DNA of 33,063 nt from Candidatus Micrarchaeota archaeon CG1_02_49_24 (lineage in GTDB: Archaea; Micrarchaeota; Micrarchaeia; Anstonellales; UBA8471). The notes beneath the pieces are model-generated. The model saw nothing but the letters and a program-made list of their open reading frames with translations, searched no databases and was not told the origin of the DNA. The translations under genes were made by a program, and so were the position numbers. Shown here piece after piece: positions 16,615 through 25,629 of this stretch (positions are counted from its first letter, which is position 1; every line of letters begins with the position of its first letter). Location of the stretch: positions 1 to 33,063 of the forward strand of contig MNVF01000038.1 in the NCBI GenBank assembly GCA_001871535.1, written 5' to 3'.

Positions 16615-19600
16615 AATGCATAATAAGCCTGCAACATCTCTAAGGAAATGGATGGCCGCCTGCCCTTTATCACTGCAAATATCTCTGCCATTGAGAGATG
16701 CGGTTCAATGCCCCTCAGCTTTTTCTTCACCATCTCAAGCTTGACCCCCTGGCAGATTGAGGTGATGTCTGCCGCCGAGAAGCCCTCAGTCAGCCTGCTG
16801 AGCTCATCATAATCAATGACTGCCCCTGCCGCCACACCCTCAAGGTTTCTCTGGAAGATGTTGGCCCGTGCTTTCAGGTCAGGCGGTGGGATGAACACTA
16901 TCTTGTCAAACCTGCCGGGCCTCATGAGCGCAGGGTCGAGAATCTCCGGCTTGTTGGTGGCGCCTATGAGAAGCACGTTCTTGAGCTCCCGGACCCCGTC
17001 AAGCTCGGAGAGCAGCTGGCCGACAAGGCCGCCATCTGAGAGCTCACGGGAGGGCGCCACAGTCTCAATCTCGTCTATGAATATGATGGCAGGCGCCTGC
17101 TCCTTGGCGCGGTTGAATGTTTCTTTCAGCACCCGGATGCTGTTGGCATAGCCCTTTTTGAGCAGCTCGGCACCTGAGAGAAACTGGAAGGTGGCCTTCA
17201 ACTCATTGGCGGCAGCCTTGACTATGAATGTTTTGCCGCACCCTGGAGGTCCGAATAGGAGCATGCCCTTGTAGGGCTTGACCTTGTACTGCTCCATCAA
17301 GTCCTCGTGGAGAAGCGGCAGCTCGATGGCATCCAGGAGAATGGTCTTCACCTCATCCAGGCCGACCACGTCTGCCCATCTCACAGCATCCTCTTTTTTC
17401 TTTTCCACCTGGCGGCCGACTCTCCTTTCGAAATCAAGCCGGAACTGCTCGTATTCCTCGAGCTGCTCCAGGCCGACGCTGGGCCTGACGTTGTCCAGCA
17501 CCCGCAGGAGGTGCTCCATGGTGATGGGCAGGATTTTGTTCTGCTTTGACGCGTCGGCGGCTGCAAACCGCGCGGCTTCCCTGCACACATTGGCTATATC
17601 AGCGCCCGAGAACCTGTCGGTTTTCTTTGCCAGGAGGCCAAGGTCGATATTTGCCGTTGGAAGCTTGCTCAGCTGCACCTTGAAAATGTCCTTTCTTCCT
17701 TCGGGGTCAGGCAGCTTCATATAGATGATTTTGTCGAACCTGCCGGGCCTGAGAAGGGCGGCATCAAGCATATTGGGGACGTTGGTGGTGCCTATGACCA
17801 TCACGGGCTTGGTTGCGCCCTTGTAGCCGTCAAGCTCTGTGAGAAAAACGGACATTACCCTGGGCGCCACGTCGTCTGCGCTGTAAAGCTCGCGCTTTTT
17901 CCCAATGGAATCAATCTCGTCAAAGAAAAGGATGGAGGGCGCGTTTTCCCTGGCGACCTTGAAAATTTCCGCGACATTTTTCTCGCTGTTGTGGGCAAAG
18001 ATGCCGCCGAACCCGCCAGCGAAATTCTGGCAGGGCTCAACTGAGATATCGTAAACGAATTCCTCATCGGCAACCTGCCTTATTTCCTCAACCCTGTCCC
18101 AATAGATGTCGCCATTGACCACTTTTTCAAGGCTGGTGGATGATGCACCAAGCTTTGTATGTTTCATCAGAAGAATTTGCCTGCCTATGGTTGCCGAGCC
18201 TGCCTCAGAATATTTCTTAAGGTTCCGGAAGACCCATTCCTTCAGCTCGCCGGAGAGCGGTATCTGCACATCGCGGTGCCAGGAACCGGCCTCAAGCGCG
18301 CATTCATACCGCTTGTTCCGCATATCATCCAGAAATCCTATCTGCCCAAAACCCCGGAAGGGTTCGCCGGTCAGGAAAATGCGATACATAAGGGCGCCGC
18401 TCCATTCCATTTTTTCACGCACAGTGGCAACGATGCCGAAATACAATAATAGATATAGAAGCTGGCTGGCAAGGGTTTTGCTGGCAGTGCAGGCCTCGAC
18501 AGTGCCAATTCCTTTCTGATTTTCATAAACCGTGCCATCGCCAGAGAAATAGCCCCTGAGAAAGGCGGCAAGCCTCAGCCTGTCAAGCGAGAACACGGCA
18601 ACTGGCGCCTTCTTCCTCTCAGCACCATGCTCAAGCCCAAGGAAATGCCTCATGAAAACATAAAGCACCCTACCTGGGATATATATGTCGCGGCCCCTGC
18701 CGACGCCACGAAAGTTTTCAGTTTTGGAGTTTCCAGTCTGGGAGTTTTGACTCTCTTCCCTTTCTTCTCCCGAGGGTCTTCTTTCTGGGAAAGAAGAGGC
18801 TCTTTTCTTTTCATAGATGATTATTTTGCCGAAAAGCTTTGCGCATAGTTCGGCAATCTTTCCGAGCTGGCAGTCAGAGGTGCTTACCCTGACCGTGTCT
18901 TCCCGAGTGTAGCTGCCCTCTGCAACCCACAGGCCGAGAAAGAGCGCCAGCTCTCCATCAAGCTTGATTATGCCCGGCAGGCCTTTGCAGGCGCCCTTTC
19001 CTGTGCAGACCAGGATTTTACTGCTGTCATATGAAATGCCGGTGCGCTCCATGAGTGCAATGAACCTGCCGGCCGGCAGTGAAATTTCCTTTTCCCTTGA
19101 CAGAATGTATTTCAAGTATTTGGTATTTTTTAGGCCGAGAAGGATATGTGTTTCGTTTGCGCCGATTTTTTCAACAGCAAGTTTTACGTAATCTCTGACT
19201 CGAGTTACCCTAAGGCCATAATCCGCATGTTTCAGGCTGCCGAGAAAATCAAGCTGCCCAACAGGTGCACTGGGAAACTCGACTCTGGAGGGGATTGCGA
19301 TGTATGAAAAACCCGCCTTGAGTTTTGAGGTTTCAATGCTCTTCACTGAGCTGCCGTCTATAGTGAATAGGGAATGATAACCGGTAACGCGAATTCTGCG
19401 GCCGCTCCTCGTGCGCACTTCGTAAATGGGGGATGTGCATTTGTGTTTTATGTGGCCGGCGATTTCGGCAAACACGGCTTTCCCTTTTTCGTCGAAGCTC
19501 AGAACTTTGGCATCCCTCCTTTGCTCAACAATTTCTCCAATCTTTGCAAGCTTTACCGCACCGTTTTCCATTATCATGATTTCCTCATCGTATGGCAGGC

Positions 19601-20912
19601 TTTCGCCGTACCATTGAGATAAAAGCTCTGAAGTTTTCACATTGTAGAAGCCATAGCTCATCTCCTTTGAGAGAGCGCGCATCAGCATGGTTTTGCCTGT
19701 TCCGGGCGGGCCGAAAAGAAGCACGCCGCTGGGCGGCTTTATGCCGTAGGTGAAGCTCAATTCCTTGTGAAGGAGCGGTGTGATGATTGCCTCGCGCAAC
19801 TCTGCCTTCACGTCATTGTAGTTGCCCACATCATCAAGGGATTTTTCAGCCGTTGACTCTGCCATGTCCTGGACGCCGAACTTGCCGAACTTCTTTGTCT
19901 TCCGCCTGCGCTCAATCAGGCGCTCCCTGCTAAGGTCAACACCGCAGAAGTCAAGCAGGGCCACAATGGCAATCGAGATTACTATATATATAACAGAAAC
20001 CGCAGAGAACATGAACGGCACGCCAAATGCGCTCAGCAAAAGATTGGCCGCAGGCACTCCTAAGAGGGAGAGCGCACCCACGGTCTGCTTCCAATTGCTC
20101 TTTATATTGCCAGGCAGCCAGCCTGCAAGGAACAGGATTGCCCCCCAAAGAAAAATGTGGAGAAGGCCTGAGTCGGCAATGAACAGCTTAAGCATATTGT
20201 CAGCAATTTTCCCCAGCGATGGGGTAATCTGCTTCAATATTATGTCATAGGAGAAAATTGAAACCACAGATGCGGCTGCCTTGGATGGGAGTTCCAGCAG
20301 GCCCACCTCTTCCCTGATGTCATGCTGGAGCGCATCAATCTTCGGGGTGAACTGGCCCAGGTTTGTGATAGGCATGAAGGCGCTGTTCTGCACTATCCAG
20401 AGCGAGGACAGGAGAAGGATTAAACAGACAGCCGGGATGGAAATCACAATACTCCGCTGGGAGCCGGTGCGGAAAGCCCCGAGCACCATGAGCAACGGCA
20501 CAAACCCGGAAAGCAGCGAAAATGGCAATGGCGCAAACGGCGCGCACACGATTATTTCAAGGAATGCAATGACATCCCAGTCTTCATGCATCTGGAATAG
20601 GACAAGGGAGATAATTAGCATAAACGGCCATACGAATAGCGGCGCCTGATAGGAGAGGGCAGGAATTGCGAATATTATGCCCATGATTATGCCAACCTGG
20701 GGAAACCTGTAGGCAGCCAGGCCGCAGGCGAGCGCAAGCAAAAATGAGATGTAAATAGGATAGAACTGGAAAAGCACGAGAAGATAGAGCGCGCCCAGGA
20801 AAATCAGCACAGCATTGCCGAGCTCCTTGTTCTCCTGAAGGGATTGTAGCGTTGCCCTGACCTTCTGCTCGGACATGGTTGCGGATTTCAGTTGTTGTGT
20901 TGAAGCGCTCAC
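16587..20912 (-). CDS. Membrane-anchored double-AAA+ ATPase (CDC48/VCP-like) containing an intein; start may be ATG 20877
   Basis: Polytopic hydrophobic N-terminus; two AAA modules (GPPGTGKT...FFDEID...LRPGRFD and GPPGCGKT...FIDEIE...MRPGRFD). Confidence 0.92.
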   Translation of the reverse strand: MSASTQQLKSATMSEQKVRATLQSLQENKELGNAVLIFLGALYLLVLFQFYPIYISFLLALACGLAAYRFPQVGIIMGIIFAIPALSYQAPLFVWPFMLIISLVLFQMHEDWDVIAFLEIIVCAPFAPLPFSLLSGFVPLLMVLGAFRTGSQRSIVISIPAVCLILLLSSLWIVQNSAFMPITNLGQFTPKIDALQHDIREEVGLLELPSKAAASVVSIFSYDIILKQITPSLGKIADNMLKLFIADSGLLHIFLWGAILFLAGWLPGNIKSNWKQTVGALSLLGVPAANLLLSAFGVPFMFSAVSVIYIVISIAIVALLDFCGVDLSRERLIERRRKTKKFGKFGVQDMAESTAEKSLDDVGNYNDVKAELREAIITPLLHKELSFTYGIKPPSGVLLFGPPGTGKTMLMRALSKEMSYGFYNVKTSELLSQWYGESLPYDEEIMIMENGAVKLAKIGEIVEQRRDAKVLSFDEKGKAVFAEIAGHIKHKCTSPIYEVRTRSGRRIRVTGYHSLFTIDGSSVKSIETSKLKAGFSYIAIPSRVEFPSAPVGQLDFLGSLKHADYGLRVTRVRDYVKLAVEKIGANETHILLGLKNTKYLKYILSREKEISLPAGRFIALMERTGISYDSSKILVCTGKGACKGLPGIIKLDGELALFLGLWVAEGSYTREDTVRVSTSDCQLGKIAELCAKLFGKIIIYEKKRASSFPERRPSGEEREESQNSQTGNSKTENFRGVGRGRDIYIPGRVLYVFMRHFLGLEHGAERKKAPVAVFSLDRLRLAAFLRGYFSGDGTVYENQKGIGTVEACTASKTLASQLLYLLLYFGIVATVREKMEWSGALMYRIFLTGEPFRGFGQIGFLDDMRNKRYECALEAGSWHRDVQIPLSGELKEWVFRNLKKYSEAGSATIGRQILLMKHTKLGASSTSLEKVVNGDIYWDRVEEIRQVADEEFVYDISVEPCQNFAGGFGGIFAHNSEKNVAEIFKVARENAPSILFFDEIDSIGKKRELYSADDVAPRVMSVFLTELDGYKGATKPVMVIGTTNVPNMLDAALLRPGRFDKIIYMKLPDPEGRKDIFKVQLSKLPTANIDLGLLAKKTDRFSGADIANVCREAARFAAADASKQNKILPITMEHLLRVLDNVRPSVGLEQLEEYEQFRLDFERRVGRQVEKKKEDAVRWADVVGLDEVKTILLDAIELPLLHEDLMEQYKVKPYKGMLLFGPPGCGKTFIVKAAANELKATFQFLSGAELLKKGYANSIRVLKETFNRAKEQAPAIIFIDEIETVAPSRELSDGGLVGQLLSELDGVRELKNVLLIGATNKPEILDPALMRPGRFDKIVFIPPPDLKARANIFQRNLEGVAAGAVIDYDELSRLTEGFSAADITSICQGVKLEMVKKKLRGIEPHLSMAEIFAVIKGRRPSISLEMLQAYYAFMKTYGERK
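17988..19601 (-). mobile_element. Intein with LAGLIDADG homing endonuclease (538 aa) in the first AAA domain
   Basis: Insertion at WYGE|SEKN; Ser1 (SLPYDE), block B TGYHSLF, endonuclease motifs LGLWVAEGS and FLRGYFSGDG, block F VYDISV, terminal FAHN followed by Ser+1. Confidence 0.95.
18713..18804 (-). repeat. In-frame hairpin plus heptamer insertion inside the intein endonuclease domain
   Basis: Hairpin TCTTCTTTC/GAAAGAAGA (18777-18797) preceded on the minus strand by AAGAGCC, then AAAACTy-type 7-mers; encodes low-complexity RASSFPERRPSGEEREESQNSQTGNSKTEN. Confidence 0.55.
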
Positions 20913-20976
20913 AGACTTAACTGCAACGCTAAATATTAAAAATTTGTGTTAACTGACACGGACTAGATTCACAGGT

Positions 20977-21202
20977 ATCAGATTTTACGAAGAGCCCATC
21001 GAGCAGACTTTGTCTGTTTGAGCTATCGCGCAACAGCACGATTCAATCGGCGGCAGCAGTCGGCGAGATTTTCACCCGCAGGTGAAAAGCCAGCAGGCAA
21101 TCGGCGGCAGCAGTCGCCGAGCTATGCACCATCTGGTGCATTCAACTGTCAGCAAGGCTGACAGTACACAGATTGAGCCTGTTTGAATCGACCTGTTGGT
21201 TG
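20977..21202. repeat. Modular hairpin mosaic, beginning with an ATCAGATTTTACGAAGAGCC end sequence
   Basis: Successive hairpins; AATCGGCGGCAGCAGTCG occurs twice; 21099-21145 is the reverse complement of 16528-16574 at 40/47 nt. Confidence 0.75.
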
Positions 21203-21288
21203 ATCAGATTTTCCGAAGAGCCTCTCTCGCTGATGCGAGAGACCCTGCACAATGTGCAGGGTATGAAGGCTCATTCGGAAAATCTGAT
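21203..21288. mobile_element. MITE-like palindromic element (82 bp plus AT duplication)
   Basis: Terminal inverted repeats ATCAGATTTTCCGAA-GAGCC / GGCTC-A-TTCGGAAAATCTGAT; two inner hairpins (TCTCTCGC/GCGAGAGA and CCCTGCAC/GTGCAGGG); 79-bp identical copy at 32919-32997. Confidence 0.85.
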
Positions 21289-21359
21289 AATATAGATAAC
21301 ATAACCCCACGTAACTATTTGCACATCCAATTTAAATTTTGCACCCCAGTTGTACAACC

Positions 21360-22613
21360 ATGCAGTTCCTTGCATATTCACTCAGCAGCCTTCCCTTTCT
21401 TTATCCCCTCCAGCAATCATCGCGCAGCAGCGCCACCACAAGCTTCTACCTGGATGACGCCACCAAGATGGCAATCCTTATCATAGTTTTCTCAGCCGGA
21501 TTCATAGCCCTCCTCTACCTCATGAAAAAAACCAGCGCGAAAAAGACGAAATATCTCACCAGCGTAGACACCCAGAGGCTGCCGGGCGAAGGCGCCCATG
21601 TGGGCCGAATCGCAGAGCAGAGCTTGAGTGCCTACCTGCCCTTTGACAAGCTCACCATGCATTCCCTGGTGGCAGGCGCCACTGGTTCAGGCAAGACCGT
21701 TGCTGCCCAGGTAGTTGCCGAGGAGGCGCTCCTGAACAAGGTGAGCATACTCGTGTTTGACCCAACGGCGCAATGGACAGGCTTCCTCAGGAAGCAGGCT
21801 ATAAGCGATATGCTGAAACGGTATGCGCGGTTTGGCCTGCAAAAGAGCGATGCGCGTGCATTCGACGGCAACATCTACCTAGTGGAAAATTCCGAAACGT
21901 TCCAGATAAACGTGAAAAAATACATGATGCCCGGAGAGATAAACGTATTCGTGCTGAACAGGCTGAAGCCCCAGGAGATGGAAATCATTGTTACCCGCGT
22001 GATTAAGGCGGTATTCGAGGCGAACCTGGAGGAATACAGGGGGCTGCGGCTGCTCATTGTGTTTGACGAGGTGCACAGGCTGCTTCCGAAGTTCGGGGGG
22101 ACTGGTGAAGGGTTTAAGCAGATAGAACGCGCGGTCCGCGAGTTCAGGAAATGGGGCGTTGGGATGGTGCTTGTCTCCCAGGTGCTGAGCGATTTTGTTG
22201 GTGAAATCAAGGCGAACATTGGCACTGAGATGCAGTTCCGGACGAAATACGAGCAGGATTTGGAGCGCATACGCTACAAATTCGGCCCGGAATCATTGCT
22301 GGGAGTGGTGAAGGCAAATGTCGGCACCGGGCTGATGCACAATTCGGAATACAACAACGGCAATCCCTATTTCGTGGAATTCCGGCCGCTCTTGCACAAT
22401 GTGGTGCGATTGAGCGACAAGGAGCTTGACACTTATAAAAGGTATAATGACAGGATTGTGGCGTTGGAGCAGAGAATTGAGAAAATGAAGGAAGATGGGA
22501 ATGATGTATTTGATTTGAACCTTGAGCTGAACCTGGCAAAAGATAAAATGAAAAAGGGCGCGTTCAACATTGTGGATATTTACCTTGAGAGCCTGGAAGG
22601 GAAGACGGCTTGA
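21360..22613 (+). CDS. HerA/VirB4-like (DUF87-type) P-loop ATPase with an N-terminal TM helix; start uncertain (21360 or 21468)
   Basis: HSLVAGATGSGKT Walker A, VFDP, LLIVFDEVH Walker B, REFRKWGVGMVLVSQ; C-terminal coiled coil. Confidence 0.85.
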   Translation: MQFLAYSLSSLPFLYPLQQSSRSSATTSFYLDDATKMAILIIVFSAGFIALLYLMKKTSAKKTKYLTSVDTQRLPGEGAHVGRIAEQSLSAYLPFDKLTMHSLVAGATGSGKTVAAQVVAEEALLNKVSILVFDPTAQWTGFLRKQAISDMLKRYARFGLQKSDARAFDGNIYLVENSETFQINVKKYMMPGEINVFVLNRLKPQEMEIIVTRVIKAVFEANLEEYRGLRLLIVFDEVHRLLPKFGGTGEGFKQIERAVREFRKWGVGMVLVSQVLSDFVGEIKANIGTEMQFRTKYEQDLERIRYKFGPESLLGVVKANVGTGLMHNSEYNNGNPYFVEFRPLLHNVVRLSDKELDTYKRYNDRIVALEQRIEKMKEDGNDVFDLNLELNLAKDKMKKGAFNIVDIYLESLEGKTA

Positions 22614-22812
22614 AAAGGACCTGCTCTTCCAGGCTGACGATAATGTTCTACTCTTGGTCCATAATGTTCTGGGAAGGCACACGCCACTCTTTCTCTAGTG
22701 CGGTTATCCCAGCCGCCTGCGACATTAGAAACAAATTGGGCAAGATATGTTCCCACAACTTCTTTAGGATCAGGGCGTGTAGTAACTTCCTGTAGTGCAA
22801 CTTTAGCATGAT

Positions 22813-23098
22813 TTCTTATGCCCTCTGGTAATCCATCATCATGGATGGCTTCACGTAACAAATCTGTCCGGCCGATTCCTGCCGCAGCGTCAAGCGCATA
22901 TGTTCTTATGCCCTCTGGTGATCCATCATCATGGATGGCTTCCCTTAACAAATCTGTCCGGCCGATTCCTGCCGCAGCGTCAAGCGCCGTATGCATTTGC
23001 GTTTGCGCATGGTTTCTTATGCCCTCTGGTAATCCATCATCATGGATGGCTTCCCTTAACAAATCTGTCCAGCCTCTTCCTGCCGCAGCGTCAAGCGC
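22813..23098. repeat. Three near-identical 85-bp coding repeats
   Basis: Copies at 22813-22897, 22903-22987 and 23014-23098 encode ALDAAAGxGxTDLLREAIHDDGxPEGIR. Confidence 0.9.
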
Positions 23099-23106
23099 AC
23101 TTTTTA

Positions 23107-23204
23107 GTAAAGTCCCTATCTTGCCAACCACTTCATCTCTATTTCCTCGGAATACAGGGTGTGCACGAGCCCGGTAAAGTCCCTATCTTGCCAACCACTT
23201 CATC
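23107..23204. repeat. Exact 31-bp direct repeat separated by a 36-bp unique spacer
   Basis: GTAAAGTCCCTATCTTGCCAACCACTTCATC at 23107-23137 and 23174-23204. Confidence 0.92.
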
Positions 23205-23452
23205 AGGCACATCGATGGTAGTTGTAGCCAAATGATAAAAATCACGTAAAGCAGATAAGTCTACGTTTTCTGTTAATTCGTTCAATGCATCCTTAAATTG
23301 CTCCTTTGTAAAAGCCATTATCTCACCCTTGTCGTTTTATGTATTGATATACATATGTCAGGTAAAGTATATAAATGGATGCGCGCTTGTTTAACCCGCC
23401 AAGCCGTGAGTGAGATTATTGGAAGCGAAAATCAAGCCGAAAGCCTGAAAAT

Positions 23453-23659
23453 TTAATCTCGTTTTGGTTCAGTTTTCGGTCTTGTCATTGTCGTTACAAC
23501 GCAGCCAAACACATCCACGCGCCAGTGGCCGGCTACCCATGGAGGTGACCTGCCTAACGCTGCCATTGCATCCCTGACATAAGGGTATAATCCAGAACCA
23601 TGGAGAGTTGTAGCTCTTCCTGCATTCCTTCTTGGATTTTGATTTTGTGCCTGACACAT
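23453..23659 (-). CDS. Small hypothetical protein
   Basis: AGGTGA SD 5 nt before ATG 23659, overlapping the stop codon of the upstream gene. Confidence 0.45.
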   Translation of the reverse strand: MCQAQNQNPRRNAGRATTLHGSGLYPYVRDAMAALGRSPPWVAGHWRVDVFGCVVTTMTRPKTEPKRD

Positions 23660-23660
23660 A

Positions 23661-24290
23661 TCAATCACCTACAAGGTTATCGCCAATAGCAGATATCATC
23701 ATGGCAGCGAACTTTTTCCTCATCGCCACAGCATTACCGGCAAATAGTTTGCCGTCCTCATACTCCTGCGCTGCAAGCAGATACATATCCCCGGCATCCA
23801 CAAATTTCCTTTCCCGTTCCAGCTCCTCTGCCAGCCTCCCGTAAGCATGGGCTGCGAACTCTTCCTGATTTATCCCCCTGTAAATTTCATTGCCCTGCTC
23901 AACAAGTTCAGCCAATGCCGCCTTTCGCTCATCACCTTGTTTGCCTGACAATTTCCGCGCGGCTATCCTTAACAGCACCGCGGCTGCGGCGGCTGCCAAT
24001 TTCCTGATTTTCGGAGATACTGCTATCGGATATTTGTCCACATCATAGGTCTTGCCACCGGTCACCGCCGCTTTTTGAAAAGTCTTCTGCATTTTTTCCT
24101 TATCTTTCTCGTATAAGGCTGCCGCCTTTTCTGCAAGCAGCCCGCCCAAATTCAGTTCAACAAGAGGCAGCCTTCTGAAAGTCATTCTGAAGGCAAATGA
24201 AACCAACGGGATGGCAGCACTGACTGCTAATTTCCTCAATGGCCCGGTTTTCAATGCACTTTCAACAACTGCCATGCTCCCACAACACAT
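23661..24290 (-). CDS. Hypothetical alpha-helical protein; start may be ATG 24275
   Basis: 209-aa Ala/Lys/Glu-rich ORF; AT-rich divergent promoter region with TTTAAATA upstream. Confidence 0.65.
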   Translation of the reverse strand: MCCGSMAVVESALKTGPLRKLAVSAAIPLVSFAFRMTFRRLPLVELNLGGLLAEKAAALYEKDKEKMQKTFQKAAVTGGKTYDVDKYPIAVSPKIRKLAAAAAAVLLRIAARKLSGKQGDERKAALAELVEQGNEIYRGINQEEFAAHAYGRLAEELERERKFVDAGDMYLLAAQEYEDGKLFAGNAVAMRKKFAAMMISAIGDNLVGD

Positions 24291-24383
24291 CTTTTATTGC
24301 AGATATGTTATTATTAGTGAGGAGATGATATTTAAATACTTGTAAATTAAATATTGCTGTTTGATTTATTGTGTGATGGGATT

Positions 24384-25565
24384 ATGAGTGCATTTCAGGT
24401 TGCTAATTCATCTAATAGGAGAGGGATAATATTAGGGATTTCAGGGGCAGGAACGAGAGGGCAGGGAAACCTTGCCACTGCCATTAACAATATTGCATCT
24501 GACCCTGAACTACCTTTCTTTTTTGACCCAGTTGGTGTTTACACTCCAAGCGGAAACGGGGCACGCACATTAAAAACACGATTTTTTCCTCAGGCAACTG
24601 TGTTTGAAGGACCTAGGGGATATGAACAGATGATGAAAACCAGTTTAAGGAGAGAAAACGAGATTGCTGCTGTGATTATTGCATCCCCCAATCAATGCCA
24701 TGAAGAGCAAACTAAAACTGCGATGAAGGGGGGTATTGATGGGGTCAGTGGAATTTACGTGGATAAGCCTATTGCATTACTAGATACCGGTGTTCAAGGA
24801 GTAAGCGAAGCAATTAGGGAAACCCGTTTTTCCGGAGTGATAGTAGTCGGGCTTCCTTTTAGGTTAGATCCTACTATTCAGGGATTGGGAGAAATGCTGG
24901 TTGATGAAGTTCTTGATATCGGGGATGTTGTGTCAATTTCACATAGAGGCACATTGAACCTTGTCAAGGAAGGGGAGGAAGCGGGGAATTGGAAATGTGG
25001 ATACGGCATGGGCGACCCTATTTCAATGTTTGGCATACACTTAGTGGATATGCAGATTGAATTGATGGCACAACTTGGGAATACACTTACCATATCCCCG
25101 GGAGGGATTGTGATAGGAAAAACTTGGAGACATAATAACAGCAGGTTTACATTAGACACAGGTGTAGATGCAAGAATACAGTATTATGACTATACAAATA
25201 AGACCACTCCTGCGGGAGAACTCCACGTTGATGTGGACGCGCCAGAATTCTCTTTAAACTGGGAGATAATAGGGAACAGGGGAAGCCTGAAAATGAATCA
25301 AAATAGGGATGGAAAATCAATCCAATTCACTGGCAGGGCAGGAGAACATGAGCTGACTGAGGAGGAGATAGCTAAACACGCCCCGGATTACTGCAAAACC
25401 CATGGGCATGCAGCCACAAGAGAGCTATTAGACTGGGGGACTGCGATAACCCAATTTGGAGAATACCACCCAGCTGCAAGCTTTTATAAAGTTATGAGAA
25501 ATGAATGGGTCGGCCATGCGATTATGTTATCAGCAAGGAGTGGGGAAGAAATCCGGCTTGGTTAG
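24384..25565 (+). CDS. Gfo/Idh/MocA-family oxidoreductase-like protein (divergent)
   Basis: GISGAGTRG Rossmann motif, VIIASPNQCH, YVDKPIAL (EKP-like), GLPFRLDP, GIHLVD. Confidence 0.72.
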   Translation: MSAFQVANSSNRRGIILGISGAGTRGQGNLATAINNIASDPELPFFFDPVGVYTPSGNGARTLKTRFFPQATVFEGPRGYEQMMKTSLRRENEIAAVIIASPNQCHEEQTKTAMKGGIDGVSGIYVDKPIALLDTGVQGVSEAIRETRFSGVIVVGLPFRLDPTIQGLGEMLVDEVLDIGDVVSISHRGTLNLVKEGEEAGNWKCGYGMGDPISMFGIHLVDMQIELMAQLGNTLTISPGGIVIGKTWRHNNSRFTLDTGVDARIQYYDYTNKTTPAGELHVDVDAPEFSLNWEIIGNRGSLKMNQNRDGKSIQFTGRAGEHELTEEEIAKHAPDYCKTHGHAATRELLDWGTAITQFGEYHPAASFYKVMRNEWVGHAIMLSARSGEEIRLG

Positions 25566-25629
25566 GTTGAAGCCAGGGGAGACAGCAGTGATTAACAATT
25601 TATAAATAACCCAGGGCATAATCTATTGC

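Larger units (their letters stand above)
22580..23318 (-). pseudogene. Helical-repeat protein gene frameshifted by a 67-bp insertion
   Basis: ATG 23318 with GGTGAG SD; reads MAFTKEQF...VPDEVVGKIGTL, then a stop inside the insert. Removing 67 bp joins it in frame to the 22580-23131 ORF. Confidence 0.75.

Noticed and set aside
23107..23204. Bona fide CRISPR array
   Set aside because: Only two repeats, the repeat is ordinary coding sequence of the host gene, and there is no leader or cas gene in the window. Reported as a scar instead.
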